Shown here in pieces: positions 11,063 through 22,049 of a stretch of DNA of 60,389 nucleotides. The notes beneath the pieces are model-generated. The model worked only from the letters and a program-made list of their open reading frames with translations. It did no database searches and was not told the origin of the DNA. This stretch comes from Planctomycetota bacterium (GTDB lineage Bacteria > Planctomycetota > B15-G4), in assembly GCA_038212275.1 (NCBI GenBank), contig JBBQUR010000027.1, positions 1-60,389 of the forward strand, given 5' to 3'. The translations under genes and the position numbers were made by a program. Positions within the stretch are counted from its first letter, which is position 1, and each line of letters opens with the position of its first letter.

Positions 11063-13183
11063 GTGAACCACTGCCGCTCGGCACTGCTGCTGGCCCTCAT
11101 CCCCGCCTGCGCCTCGTCGTCCACGCGAACGACGGAGGCGGCGTCCGCCAAGCCAACCGCTCCGGCGGCGCTGGTCGCGCGCGCGACGGCTTCGGGCAGC
11201 GCGACGCCGCTCGCCGGCAGCCACCCGTTCGGGATCATGGACATGCTGGCGATGGAGCGCATCTCGGAGCTCGCCGCGTCGCCCGACGGCACGACGGTCG
11301 CGTTCACGCTGCGTCGCACGGATCTGGAGGCCAACCGCGGCCGCACGGACCTCTGGCTGAGCCTGCCCGACGGCACGCTGCGCCAGCTCACCTCCGACCC
11401 GGCCGGCGACTCCGGCGCGCAGTGGTCACCCGCGGGCGATGCGCTCTACTTCCTCTCCACGCGCAGCGGCTCCTCGCAGGTGTGGCGCGTGCCGGCGGCC
11501 GGCGGTGACGCGACGCAGATCACCAGCTTTCCGCTCGACGTGAACGCCTTCGAACTCTTCGCCGACGGCAAGCGCCTCGCGCTGGCGATGGACGTCTACC
11601 CCGCGGCCGGCACGCTCGAGGACACCGCCGCCATGGATGCGGCCGCCGAGGCCAGCAAAGTGAAGGCGGCGATCTACGACGAACTCATGTTCCGCCACTG
11701 GGACACGTGGGAGGACGGCAAGCGCGGGCACCTCTTCACCTGGACGCCCGGCGGCGCCGCGCCGGTGGACCTCATGCGCGGCTGGGACGTGGACTGCCCC
11801 ACGCATCCCTTCGGCGGAGGCGAGGATTTCACCGTGTCGCCCGACGGCAGCCAGGTGGTCTTCGTCGCCAAACGCATGGGCCGCGAAAATGCGTGGTCCA
11901 CCAACATGGATCTGTGGGCCGCCCCGAGCGACGGCAGCCAGCCGCCGCGCTGCCTCACCGACGCCAACGACGGTTACGACGGCCTGCCGACGTTCTCGCC
12001 GGACGGCGCCACACTGGCGTATGTCTCGATGCCGCGCGCCGGCTACGAAGCCGATCGCCAGCAGGTCCTGCTCATGAACTGGAAGACCGGCGCGACGCAG
12101 CGCCTCGCGCCGGACTGGGACCGCTCGGCCGGCTCGCTCACGTGGAGCGCGGACGGCAGGCAGCTCCTCGTCGACGCCGATGATGTCGGCAATCACAATC
12201 TCTTTGCGCTGGGCCCCGCGCTGGACGCCGTGCAGCAGCTGACGACCACGGGCACCAACACCGACGCGGCGCCCACGGCGCAGGGCATCTTCTTCCTGCG
12301 CGACGACTTCACGCATCCGGCGGAGATTCACTTCCTGCTTCGAGGCAATCAGGTCGCGGTGCAGCGCACGCACATCAATGACGCGCGGCTCGCGCAGGTG
12401 CGCGTCGGCGCCTTCGAGCAGTTCAACTTCCGCGGCGCGCACGGCGACACGGTCTACGGCTGGCTCGTGAAGCCCGTGGACTTCGACCCGTCACGCAAGT
12501 ATCCGGTCGTACTGCTCATCCACGGCGGCCCGCAGGGTTCGTTCGGAAATCACTTCCACTACCGCTGGAACGCGGAGACCTATGCCGGCGCGGGCTTCGC
12601 CGCGGTGATGGTCGACTTCCACGGCTCGACCGGCTACGGACAGGCCTTCTGCGATGCGATCCGCGGCGACTGGGGCGGCGCTCCGTACGAGGACCTCATG
12701 ACCGGCCTCGATCACGCGCTGGACAAGTATCCCTTCCTCGACGGCGACCGCGCCGGCGCCGCGGGCGGCAGCTACGGCGGCTACATGATCAACTGGATCC
12801 AGGGCCAGACCACGCGCTTCAAGGCGCTGGTGGCACACTCCGGCAATCTCGACGAGCGCATGGCCTACTACGACACCGAGGAGCTGTGGTTCCCCGAGTG
12901 GGATCACGGCGGCCTGCCCTGGAACGAAGCCGAGCACTACGCGAAGCACAATCCCATCGAGTTCGTGAGCAAGTGGCAGACGCCGGAGCTCGTGATCCAC
13001 GGCGACCTCGACTACCGCGTCGTCGCCACGCAGGGCATGTCGGTCTTCACGGCGCTGCAGCGCATGGGCATCCCGTCGCGCTACCTGCGCTTCCCCGACG
13101 AGAACCACTGGATCCTCAAGCCGCAGAACAGCGTGCTCTGGCACGACACCGTGCTGGACTGGTTCCGGACTTACATGCGCTGA
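11063..13183 (+). CDS. S9 family peptidase (dipeptidyl aminopeptidase/acylaminoacyl peptidase), probable lipoprotein
   Basis: SPDG beta-propeller repeats, IHGGPQ, GGSYGG nucleophile motif, HGDLDYRV, FPDENHW; signal ending in PAC. Confidence 0.93.
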   Translation: MNHCRSALLLALIPACASSSTRTTEAASAKPTAPAALVARATASGSATPLAGSHPFGIMDMLAMERISELAASPDGTTVAFTLRRTDLEANRGRTDLWLSLPDGTLRQLTSDPAGDSGAQWSPAGDALYFLSTRSGSSQVWRVPAAGGDATQITSFPLDVNAFELFADGKRLALAMDVYPAAGTLEDTAAMDAAAEASKVKAAIYDELMFRHWDTWEDGKRGHLFTWTPGGAAPVDLMRGWDVDCPTHPFGGGEDFTVSPDGSQVVFVAKRMGRENAWSTNMDLWAAPSDGSQPPRCLTDANDGYDGLPTFSPDGATLAYVSMPRAGYEADRQQVLLMNWKTGATQRLAPDWDRSAGSLTWSADGRQLLVDADDVGNHNLFALGPALDAVQQLTTTGTNTDAAPTAQGIFFLRDDFTHPAEIHFLLRGNQVAVQRTHINDARLAQVRVGAFEQFNFRGAHGDTVYGWLVKPVDFDPSRKYPVVLLIHGGPQGSFGNHFHYRWNAETYAGAGFAAVMVDFHGSTGYGQAFCDAIRGDWGGAPYEDLMTGLDHALDKYPFLDGDRAGAAGGSYGGYMINWIQGQTTRFKALVAHSGNLDERMAYYDTEELWFPEWDHGGLPWNEAEHYAKHNPIEFVSKWQTPELVIHGDLDYRVVATQGMSVFTALQRMGIPSRYLRFPDENHWILKPQNSVLWHDTVLDWFRTYMR

Positions 13184-13186
13184 AGC

Positions 13187-14491
13187 TCAGCGCGCGGAAA
13201 GCGGCACGAAGGCGCGCTTGGTCGGCCCGGTGTAGATCTGGCGCGGGCGGTTGATGCGCGTCGTCGTGTCGTCGCGCATTTCCTTGAGGTGCGCGATCCA
13301 GCCCGGCAGGCGTCCCAGCGCGAACATCACCGTGAACATGTCGGTCGGGATGCCCAGCGCGCGATAGATGATGCCGCTGTAGAAGTCCACGTTCGGGTAG
13401 AGCTTGCGACTGACGAAGTACTCGTCACGCAGCGCGACCTCCTCGAGGTTCTTGGCGATGTCCAGCGTCGGGTCCTTCACGCCCAGAGCCTTCAGCACGT
13501 CGTCGGCGGCCTGCTTGAGGATCTTTGCGCGCGGGTCGAAGTTCTTGTAGACGCGGTGGCCGAAGCCCATGAGCTTGAAGTTGCTGCCGTGGTCCTTGGC
13601 CATCGCCACGAACTTCTGGTGGTCGCCGCCGTCGGCGCGGATGGTCTCGAGCATCTCGATGACCTCCTGGTTGGCGCCGCCGTGCAGCGGGCCGGACAAC
13701 GCGGAAATGCCGGCGGCAATCGTCGCGAAGAGGTTCGCCTGGCTGCTGCCCACCATGCGCACCGTGGACGTGGAGCAGTTCTGCTCGTGATCCGCGTGCA
13801 GGATGAGCAGCATGTTCAGCGCCTTCTCGACCTCGGGCGCGACCTTGTAGGGCTCGGTGGGCACCGAGAACATCATGTTGAGGAAGTTGCCGCCGTAGGG
13901 CAGGTCGTTGCGCGGATACACGAAGGGCTGGCCGACGCTCTTCTTGTAGGAGAACGCAGCGATGGTCGGCAGCTTGGCCAGCAGGCGCGTGATGTTGATG
14001 TCCGACGTCGGGCCGGTCGTCTCCGGGTAGTACGTGGACAGCGAGGCCACCATCGCGGCGAGGATCGCCATCGGGTGCGCGTTGCTCGGGTAGCCCTCGA
14101 AGAACTTCTTCATGTCTTCGTGGATGAGCGTGTGCTGCGTGATCGCACCGGAGAAGTCGGCCCACTCCTGCTTGTCGGGCAGCTTGCCGTAGATGAGCAG
14201 GTACGCGACCTCGAGGAAGGACGCGCCGCGCGCGAGCTCCTCGATCGGGTAGCCGCGGTACTGCAGGATGCCCTTGTCGCCGTCGATGAAGGTGATCGCG
14301 CTGCTGCACGCGCCGGTGTTGCCGTAGCCCGGGTCGTACGTGACCGCGCCGCTCGCGTCGCGGAACTTGCGGACGTCCACCGCCGTCTCGCCTTCCGTCC
14401 CCACGATCACCGGCAGCTCGTAGTCCTTGCCGTTGAATGTGAGCTTTGCCGCTGCCTGGGTCGCCTTCGTGGTCGTCGCCTGGGTGCTCAT
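13187..14491 (-). CDS. gltA: Citrate synthase (type I)
   Basis: DPGYGNT, IDGDKGILQYRGYPIE, LHADHEQNCSTSTVR, GPLHGGAN, MGFGHRVYKNFDPR, YPNVDFYSG. Confidence 0.97.
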   Translation of the reverse strand: MSTQATTTKATQAAAKLTFNGKDYELPVIVGTEGETAVDVRKFRDASGAVTYDPGYGNTGACSSAITFIDGDKGILQYRGYPIEELARGASFLEVAYLLIYGKLPDKQEWADFSGAITQHTLIHEDMKKFFEGYPSNAHPMAILAAMVASLSTYYPETTGPTSDINITRLLAKLPTIAAFSYKKSVGQPFVYPRNDLPYGGNFLNMMFSVPTEPYKVAPEVEKALNMLLILHADHEQNCSTSTVRMVGSSQANLFATIAAGISALSGPLHGGANQEVIEMLETIRADGGDHQKFVAMAKDHGSNFKLMGFGHRVYKNFDPRAKILKQAADDVLKALGVKDPTLDIAKNLEEVALRDEYFVSRKLYPNVDFYSGIIYRALGIPTDMFTVMFALGRLPGWIAHLKEMRDDTTTRINRPRQIYTGPTKRAFVPLSAR

Positions 14492-14947
14492 GCCTGCTGA
14501 TCTGCCTTCCTGTATCGATGCCTGTCCGGCCCCGCGGGCCCGACTCGGCAATCGTAGCAAGGCACGTTCCACCGAGGCCACCCGACGCCCGTGCGTTTCC
14601 CGCCGGGCAGTGGTCGCGGGCTCGACCGGCGGGCACCTGTCCCGGCGCCCGCGCCGGATTTCCCGAGGGTCATCCCCAGCGTCTCGCCCTGTCGCCGCGC
14701 GGCAGCGTCCCGCCCCTCGGCCAGTCTCTCCCTCCCTCGGCAGGCCTGCGCGGGGCGGCAGCGACCGCGCTTCTCGCCCTGCTCGGCGGCCCCGCTGCCG
14801 TCGGCCAGCAGCAGCTCTTCAACGTTCAGGGCGACCTGCTTCGCGATCCGTCGTCCCTGGCGGGCACGAAGGCCTTCAGATCAACGACCTGGCTCGGCTC
14901 CATCTGCCTTCTCCCTGCGCACGCATCCTGCTGGGACCGGAGCGCGT

Positions 14948-15340
14948 TCAGCGGGGGCGCTCTGCACTGGCCATCAGCGCTCCGGCTGCAAGCCACTCCA
15001 GCAAGTCCACCGTGTACAGGCGCTGTACCGACCAGACGAAGAGCGCAAGCACGACCGGTGCGGCGACGCGCACCCAGGCGCGCTGCCTCGTGATCATCGC
15101 GAGCAGGCAGGTCACGCCGCACGCCGCGACCGCGACGGCGATCCACCACTCCCCGAGAGCGTCGCTGGTGGACATGAGCGGCGATAAGGGCGCGTGAAAG
15201 CGCGTGGACAGTTGTCGAACGGCGGCCACCGCCCTGAACATCCCCACGCCCGACACTCCGATGACGACGAGCGCCGGCACCGTGAGTGCCCAGCCGATGC
15301 CTTCAGCACGGGTCATTCGATGGGTCCACCAGGTCTTCAT
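14948..15340 (-). CDS. Small membrane protein (about 3 TM)
   Basis: ATG at 15340; three hydrophobic segments. Confidence 0.55.
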   Translation of the reverse strand: MKTWWTHRMTRAEGIGWALTVPALVVIGVSGVGMFRAVAAVRQLSTRFHAPLSPLMSTSDALGEWWIAVAVAACGVTCLLAMITRQRAWVRVAAPVVLALFVWSVQRLYTVDLLEWLAAGALMASAERPR

Positions 15341-15556
15341 TGAAGGATCCCCTTGCCTGCGCCTCGCGAGACGGGTCTTCATCGGCCGGACGCAGGCCGG
15401 TGCCGTCCCTTCCGGCGCGGTGGGCAGCATGGTAGCGCCGCGCTTGTCGCGGGGCACGCCCATCCCGCACGCTGTCTGCGACCACCTTCCCCGCGGAGAG
15501 GATCCATGCCGGTGCCGGCCCCGACGCGCGACGGCCCGCTTCGCGACACGCTCCAT

Positions 15557-15621
15557 CGCGACGCGACCGAGCCACATCGGGCCAGGCGCGACGCGACCGA
15601 GCCACAGCGGGCCAGGCGCGA
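15557..15621. repeat. 30-bp tandem repeat (2 copies plus partial)
   Basis: CGCGACGCGACCGAGCCACA(T/G)CGGGCCAGG x2. Confidence 0.85.
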
Positions 15622-15729
15622 TACGGTCGAGCGCGGACCGGCCAGCCGCGAGCGCTTCGCGCGCCGCTCCTCGTCCGACGGACCCCGCGCGCCGTTCCGC
15701 GCTCCCGACATCGCCGCCCCGGAGGCAGC

Positions 15730-18700
15730 ATGGCCTCGCGTCCGCCCGTCGCACTGAACGACCTGCTCGCGCAGTGCATCGACGCGCTGGAATCGCGGGG
15801 CGACGCGGCGGTCGACGCGATGGCGGACGCGCATCCCGAGCACGCCGCCTCGTTGCGTGCGCACGTCGCGCGGCTGCGTGACGTCGGCCTGCTGCCGCCC
15901 GCATCGGGCGCGGCGGGGCTTCTGGCGGCGACCGTGCCCGAGCGCCTCGGCGAGTTCCGCCTGCTCGCGAAGCTCGGCGCGGGCGGCATGGGCGTCGTGT
16001 ACGCCGCCGAGCAGAGCACGCTGGGGCGCCTCGTGGCGCTCAAGCTCGTGCGCCCGGAACACCTGTATTTTCCGGGCGCTCGCGAACGCTTCCGGCGCGA
16101 GGTCAGCGCCGTCGCGCGGCTGCAGCACGCCGGCATCGTCCCCGTGCACAGCGTCGGCGAGGACGGCGGCATCCCGTACTTCGCGATGGACCTCGTGCGC
16201 GGCGCGTCGCTGGACGAGGTCGTGCGCGAACTGTCCGAGCGCCGCCCCGAGGAGCTGACGGGCCGCGACCTGCGCGCCGCCGTGACGGCCATCACCTCGC
16301 GCCGCGACGACCAGCTCGACGCCGCGCGCCAGGCCATGCCGGCTGGCGCGGCCGACGCAGCTGCTCCCACGGCTGCCACCTCGCGAGGCCGCGGCACGCG
16401 ACATTCCACCGGCAACGCGGCTCCACGCGCTGCGCCCGAGGCGGCGCTCCTCGCCGCGCCGCACGCCGCGCGCGACTCCGCGGGCGACACGGAGGCCAGC
16501 GACCGGATCTTCGGCGGCAGCTGGGCCGACGCCTGCACCGGCATCGTGCGCGCGGTCGCCGAGGCGCTGTCGCACGCCCATGAGCGCGGCGTGCTGCACC
16601 GCGATGTCAAGCCGAGCAACATCATGCTGACGCCGCAGGGACGCGTGCTGCTGCTCGACTTCGGCCTCGCCGCATCCGAGGGCAGCGCGCGCCTCACGGC
16701 CAGCGGCAGCCAGCTCGGCTCGCTCGCGTGGATGTCGCCGGAGCAGGTGCGCGGCGAACACGATGCGATCGACGCGCGCAGCGACGTGTACTCGCTGGGC
16801 GCCACGCTCTACGAGCTGCTCACGCTGCGCGCGGCCTACGCGAGCACGACGATCGAGGGCACGCGCCGCAACATCCTCCTCGCCGCGCCCGTTGCTCCAC
16901 GCGCGCTCAATGGCGCCGTGCCGCACGACCTGCAGACCGTCTGCCTGGCGGCCATGGAGCCCGACCGGCAGCGGCGCTACGCCGGCGCGGCCGCCTTCGC
17001 GGAGGACCTGGCGCGCGTCGCCGGGCACCGCCCCATCGCGGCGCGCGCCGTCTCGCCTCTGCTGCGCGCGCGCCGCTGGACGCAACGCCACCCGGCCGCC
17101 GCCGTGGGCGTCGCGATGGGCCTGCTCCTCGTCGTCGGCGGGCCGCTGGTTTACGCGATGCAGCAGCGCGACAAGCGCCTCGCGGTGGAGGAGCAGCGCG
17201 CGGTGGCCGAGGAGCAGCGCCGCGTCGCCGATGAACTGCGTCACGTCGCCGACGAGCAACGCGCCCTCGCGGAGGCCAACCTCTCCGCGGCGCTCGACGC
17301 CGTGGAGCAGATGCTCACGCGCGTCGGCGACAAGACGCTGCAGAACGTGCCGCAGATGGAGACGGTGCGCCGCGCGCTGCTCGAGGATGCCACGCGCTTC
17401 TACGACGACTTCCTCGGCCGGCACGGCGAGTCCCCGGAACTGCGCCTGCTCGCCGGGCGTGCGCAGCAGCGCGTCGGACGCCTGCACGCGCTGCTCGGCG
17501 ACCCGGCGCGAGCCGAGACCGCCTATCTGCAATCCATCCGCCTGCTCGACGAGCCTGCCACCCGCCTGCGCGCCGACTACGCGCGCGGCGACCTGGCCGA
17601 GCTGCTGCTCACGCAGCCCGGTCGACTGCGCGACGCGGAGCCGCTGCTCGTCCGCGCCCTCGACGACCTGCAGGCGGTTGCCCCCGACTCGCCGGACCAC
17701 GACGAGGCCTTCAACGCCGTCGCGGTCTACCGCCACGACCTCGCCTTTCTCCAGCAACTCACCGGGCGGCCGGACGAGGCGCTCGCCAACTACGAGACGG
17801 CGCTGCGCCTGCAGCGCGAGCTCTTCGCGCGCTCACCGGAGGATCCGGGCGTGCGCAACGGCCTCTCCACGACGCTGCTCGAGCTGGCGCAGCTGCTGCT
17901 CGCGGCCGGCGACGGCACGCGCGCCAATGCCTTGCAGGCCGAGGGCGTGGACCTGCTGCGCGATCTCGTCGCCGAACAACCCGGCGACGCGGAGCTGCGC
18001 GAACGCCTCGCCATCGCCCTGTGCCAGCTGGGCATGGCCCGCTTCGGCGAGGGCCAGCGCGCGCACGCCGAGGACGACGTGCGCGCATCGCTCGAGCTCA
18101 CGCAGACCCTGGGCCGCGACTTCCCCGCTATCTCGCGCTACCGCTTGACCGAAGCGGGCCTCGACAACGCGCTGGCCGTGATCCTCGCCGCCGACGATCG
18201 CCTCGAAGAGGCCGAGGAAGCCTACGTGCACACGCTGGATCTGCTGACGGAGGTCGCGCGCACCAACCCCGACGTCCCCGGCCTGCTCTCGCAGCGCGCG
18301 GCGGCGCTGCTCAATCTCGCCGACGTGCGCGAACGCCTCGGCCGCTGGGACGAGGTCGCCGCGCCGCTGCTGCAATCCGTGGAGCTGCGCAACGAACTGC
18401 ATCGCGACAACCCGCAGGATCCGCTTGTCGCCGGCCTGATCGACCTGCAGGTGTATGTGCTGGAAGCGCTGCTTCCGTACTGGACCGATGCATCCGCGCT
18501 GGCGGCGCTGGCGCTGGAGATCCCCGAGCAGGCGCCGCGCGACGATCCCCAGTGGTGCCACAAGCCGGCGCTCATGCTGATGCGCTGCGCGGCGCTTGCC
18601 GACGCCGCGGGCGATGCGGCCGCCGCGGCTGCGTGGCGCAGCCAGGCGCTGGACCTGCTCGAAGCGGCCGCCGCGCGCGGATGGCGCGCCGTCGGCGCCC

Positions 18701-18780
18701 TTCGCGACGAGCCGGTGTGGTCGTCGCTGCACGCGGACCCGCGTTTCGAAGCGCTCCTGCAGGCCATGGGCGGCGAGTGA
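15730..18780 (+). CDS. Ser/Thr protein kinase with TM segment and TPR repeats
   Basis: LGAGGMGVVY, VALK, HRDVKPSN, DFGLA, MSPEQ, DVYSLG; C-terminal TPR helices. Confidence 0.94.
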   Translation: MASRPPVALNDLLAQCIDALESRGDAAVDAMADAHPEHAASLRAHVARLRDVGLLPPASGAAGLLAATVPERLGEFRLLAKLGAGGMGVVYAAEQSTLGRLVALKLVRPEHLYFPGARERFRREVSAVARLQHAGIVPVHSVGEDGGIPYFAMDLVRGASLDEVVRELSERRPEELTGRDLRAAVTAITSRRDDQLDAARQAMPAGAADAAAPTAATSRGRGTRHSTGNAAPRAAPEAALLAAPHAARDSAGDTEASDRIFGGSWADACTGIVRAVAEALSHAHERGVLHRDVKPSNIMLTPQGRVLLLDFGLAASEGSARLTASGSQLGSLAWMSPEQVRGEHDAIDARSDVYSLGATLYELLTLRAAYASTTIEGTRRNILLAAPVAPRALNGAVPHDLQTVCLAAMEPDRQRRYAGAAAFAEDLARVAGHRPIAARAVSPLLRARRWTQRHPAAAVGVAMGLLLVVGGPLVYAMQQRDKRLAVEEQRAVAEEQRRVADELRHVADEQRALAEANLSAALDAVEQMLTRVGDKTLQNVPQMETVRRALLEDATRFYDDFLGRHGESPELRLLAGRAQQRVGRLHALLGDPARAETAYLQSIRLLDEPATRLRADYARGDLAELLLTQPGRLRDAEPLLVRALDDLQAVAPDSPDHDEAFNAVAVYRHDLAFLQQLTGRPDEALANYETALRLQRELFARSPEDPGVRNGLSTTLLELAQLLLAAGDGTRANALQAEGVDLLRDLVAEQPGDAELRERLAIALCQLGMARFGEGQRAHAEDDVRASLELTQTLGRDFPAISRYRLTEAGLDNALAVILAADDRLEEAEEAYVHTLDLLTEVARTNPDVPGLLSQRAAALLNLADVRERLGRWDEVAAPLLQSVELRNELHRDNPQDPLVAGLIDLQVYVLEALLPYWTDASALAALALEIPEQAPRDDPQWCHKPALMLMRCAALADAAGDAAAAAAWRSQALDLLEAAAARGWRAVGALRDEPVWSSLHADPRFEALLQAMGGE

Positions 18781-18825
18781 CCGCGCGCCGGCGGCGATGC
18801 CCCTCGGCTCCGGCGCGCGAAGGCC

Positions 18826-20508
18826 TCATTCCGGAATCAGGTAGCCGCGGGCCAGCGCCTGGAAATCGCGCACCTGCGCGGTGCTCCACGCAGCGTCGCG
18901 GTGCAGCTCCGTGGCGAGCAGCGCCGCGACGGCCGGCGCCATCGCGGCTGCGGCGCGCGCATCGAGGAAAAGCGCGCGCGTGCGGCGTGCCAGCACGTCT
19001 TCCACGCTCCGCGCCATTTCGTGCCGCGCCGCCCACACGACCTCCGCGCCGGTGTACGGCAGCTTCGCGTGCAGCGCCCGGGAAAGTTCGGGGCGCGTGC
19101 GCTGCAACTCGCGCAACGCAGGCGCGTCGGCACCGTAGATCGCCAGCGGGTCGTCGCCGAAGGGATCGTGCACGGCGTGGTCGTCGCGCGTCGGACCCTG
19201 GTCAGCTGCATCAGCTGCATCGCGCGTCGGGCCGGCGACATCGCGAGTCGCCTTGCGGCTCGGCCTGGCCACCCAGCCGTGCACGTCCAGCTCCTTCGTG
19301 CGGCACGGGCGCTCGGGGAGCTGGCCCAGCAGCGCGGCCTGGTCCACGCAGTCCTCGGCCATGTGGCGATACGTCGTCCACTTGCCGCCCGCAATCGTGA
19401 GCAATCCGCTGGCATCGATGTGAATCACGTGGTCGCGCGAGAGCGACGCCGTGCTGCCGCCCGCGCGCTCTCCGGTGGCGCCGAGGTGGCGCGCCAGCGG
19501 ACGGATGCCGGCGAAGACGGCGCGCACGTCGGCGCGCGTCGGCGCGCGATTCAGGTACAGCGCCGCCGTCTGCAGGATGAATTCGATCTCCTGCGCCTGC
19601 GCGCGCGGCTCAAGCGCCGGGCCGTCCAGCTCCGTGTCCGTCGTGCCGACGAGCGTGCGGCCGTGCCACGGGATCGCGAACAGCACGCGGCCATCGCTCG
19701 TGTGCGGCACCATGATTGCGGACTGCCCCGGCAGGAAGTCCCGGTCGAAGACGAGGTGCACGCCCTGGCTCGGCGCGATGAGCGGCGCGGCGGCAGGTTC
19801 CGCAAGGCGCCGCACGCCGTCGGCGAAGGCGCCCGTGGCATTGATGACCACGCGCGCCTCGACGCGCAGCTCCGTGCCGCTCTCGTCGTCGCGCGCGACG
19901 ACGCCGTGCACGAGGCCCTCCGCGTCGCGCAGCAGCGCCGTCACCGGCGCGCGGTTGAGCAGCGCGGCACCCTGCTCGGCCGCGGTCTGCGCGAGGTTCA
20001 CGAGCAGGCGGCTGTCGTCGAACTGGCCGTCGTAGTAGACGACGCCGCCGCGCAGGCCTTCGAGCTTCAGCGTCGGGATGCGGGCCAGCGCCTCCTCGCG
20101 CGAGAGCAGCGTGCTTGGCCCGAAGCCGTAGCGGCCCGCGAGCAGGTTGTAGAGCTTCAACCCGAGGCCGTAGAAAGGCGTCTCCCACCAGTCGTACGTC
20201 GGCACGACGAAGGCGAGGTCATGCACGAGGTGCGGCGCGTTGCGGCGCATGAGGCCGCGCTCCTTGAGCGCCTCCATGACCAGCGGAATGTTGCCTTGCT
20301 CCAGGTAGCGCACGCCGCCGTGCGCGAGCTTGGTGCTGCGGCTGGACGTGCCCTTGCCGAAGTCGTGCGCCTCGAGCAGCAGCACGTCGTACCCGCGCGA
20401 GGCGGCATCGAGCGCAACGCCCACACCCGTGGCGCCGCCGCCGATGACGATCAGGTCCCATGCGCCACGTTGCGCCGCGACGCGCGCGAGCATGGCCTCG
20501 CGGTTCAT
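18826..20508 (-). CDS. glpD: FAD-dependent glycerol-3-phosphate dehydrogenase
   Basis: [50 protein letters not shown]; overlaps the glpK stop. Confidence 0.94.
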   Translation of the reverse strand: MNREAMLARVAAQRGAWDLIVIGGGATGVGVALDAASRGYDVLLLEAHDFGKGTSSRSTKLAHGGVRYLEQGNIPLVMEALKERGLMRRNAPHLVHDLAFVVPTYDWWETPFYGLGLKLYNLLAGRYGFGPSTLLSREEALARIPTLKLEGLRGGVVYYDGQFDDSRLLVNLAQTAAEQGAALLNRAPVTALLRDAEGLVHGVVARDDESGTELRVEARVVINATGAFADGVRRLAEPAAAPLIAPSQGVHLVFDRDFLPGQSAIMVPHTSDGRVLFAIPWHGRTLVGTTDTELDGPALEPRAQAQEIEFILQTAALYLNRAPTRADVRAVFAGIRPLARHLGATGERAGGSTASLSRDHVIHIDASGLLTIAGGKWTTYRHMAEDCVDQAALLGQLPERPCRTKELDVHGWVARPSRKATRDVAGPTRDAADAADQGPTRDDHAVHDPFGDDPLAIYGADAPALRELQRTRPELSRALHAKLPYTGAEVVWAARHEMARSVEDVLARRTRALFLDARAAAAMAPAVAALLATELHRDAAWSTAQVRDFQALARGYLIPE

Positions 20509-22049
20509 GCGCCCGAGGGCTCGCCGTGCGCCCAGTGGCCGGCGCGCAGCAGGGCGTCCTGCCAGCGTTCGCGGCGTGCAGCCACCTCCGCGCGCGCCAT
20601 CGACGGGAGGAAGCGATGTTCCTCGCGCCCCGGCGTGGCGAGCGCCGCCTCGTCGGCCCAGGTGCCGGCCGCGAGGCCCGCGAGGTAGGCGGCGCCCAGC
20701 GCCGTCGTCTCCGTGACGACGGGACGCACCACGGGGACGCCGAGCAGGTCGGCCTGGAGCTGCATGAGCAGGTCGTTGCGTGCGGCGCCGCCATCCACGC
20801 GCAGCTCCGTGAGGGGCGCGCCGGCATCGGCGTTCATGGCGGCCACGAGGTCCGCGACCTGGTGCGCGATGCCCTCCAGCGCGGCCCGCGCGAGGTGCCC
20901 GCGACTCGTACCGCGCGTGATGCCGAGCAGCGTGCCGCGTGCGTCCGCGTCCCACGTCGGCGCGCCGAGACCCGTGAGCGCCGGCACGAGCACGACGCCG
21001 CCGCTGTCCGGCACGGACCGCGCGAGCGGCTCGACCTCCTCGGCCGACTCGATGATGCCCAGCCCGTCGCGCAACCACTGCACGACGGCGCCGCCCGTGA
21101 ACACGCTGCCCTCCAGCGCCCACGTCGTGCGGCCGGCCACCGTCCACGCCACCGTGGAAAGCAGGCGGTTGCGCGACATCACGGGTTGCGCGCCGGTGCA
21201 GCGCAGCAGGAAGCAGCCGGTGCCATAGGTGTTCTTGGTGAGGCCCGGCGTCGTGCAACGCTGCCCGAAGAGCGCGGCCTGCTGGTCGCCCGCGATGCCG
21301 AGCACGTGCAGGCCGGCCAGCGCGTGCGGCGCGACGATCTCGCCGAAGTCGCCGCTGCTGGCGCGCACCTCGGGCAGCACCGCGCGCGGCACGTTCAGCA
21401 GCGCGAGCAAGTCGTCATCCCAGTCCAGCGTGCGCAGGCCGAAGAGCAGCGTGCGGCTGGCATTGGAAGGATCGGTGGCGTGCACCGCGCCGCCGGTGAG
21501 CTTCCAGAGCAACCAGGTGTCGATGGTGCCGAAGGCCAGCTCGCCGGCCTCGGCGCGTGCCCGCGCGCCGGGTACGTGGTCGAGGATCCAGGCCAGCTTG
21601 GTGCCGGAGAAATAGGAATCGAGCAGCAGGCCGGTGCGCTCGCGGATGGCCGGCTCGTGGCCCGCCGCGCGCAACGCCTCGCAGGCCGGCGCCGTGCGGC
21701 GGTCCTGCCAGACCAGGGCGCGGTGGATCGGCCGCCCCGTCGCGCGCTCCCACACCACGGTGGTCTCGCGCTGGTTGGTGATGCCGACGCCGCCGAGCTC
21801 GCGCGCCGTCAGCCCCGCGGCCGCCAGCGCCTCGGTCGCGACGGCGGCCTGGGCTTCCCAGAGCTCCAGCGCGTCGTGCTCCACCTGGCCAGACTGCGGG
21901 AAATGCTGCGTGAACTCGCGCTGCGCTGTCCCCAGCGCGCGCCCGTCGGCGGCGAAGACGATGGCGCGCGCGCTGGACGTTCCCTCGTCGAGCGCGAGGA
22001 TGGGACGTCCCGAGGCGCCGCGCGATGGGCCCGCGAGGGCCGCGCTCAC
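20505..22049 (-). CDS. glpK: Glycerol kinase
   Basis: [65 protein letters not shown] overlaps the upstream stop. Confidence 0.95.
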   Translation of the reverse strand: MSAALAGPSRGASGRPILALDEGTSSARAIVFAADGRALGTAQREFTQHFPQSGQVEHDALELWEAQAAVATEALAAAGLTARELGGVGITNQRETTVVWERATGRPIHRALVWQDRRTAPACEALRAAGHEPAIRERTGLLLDSYFSGTKLAWILDHVPGARARAEAGELAFGTIDTWLLWKLTGGAVHATDPSNASRTLLFGLRTLDWDDDLLALLNVPRAVLPEVRASSGDFGEIVAPHALAGLHVLGIAGDQQAALFGQRCTTPGLTKNTYGTGCFLLRCTGAQPVMSRNRLLSTVAWTVAGRTTWALEGSVFTGGAVVQWLRDGLGIIESAEEVEPLARSVPDSGGVVLVPALTGLGAPTWDADARGTLLGITRGTSRGHLARAALEGIAHQVADLVAAMNADAGAPLTELRVDGGAARNDLLMQLQADLLGVPVVRPVVTETTALGAAYLAGLAAGTWADEAALATPGREEHRFLPSMARAEVAARRERWQDALLRAGHWAHGEPSGA

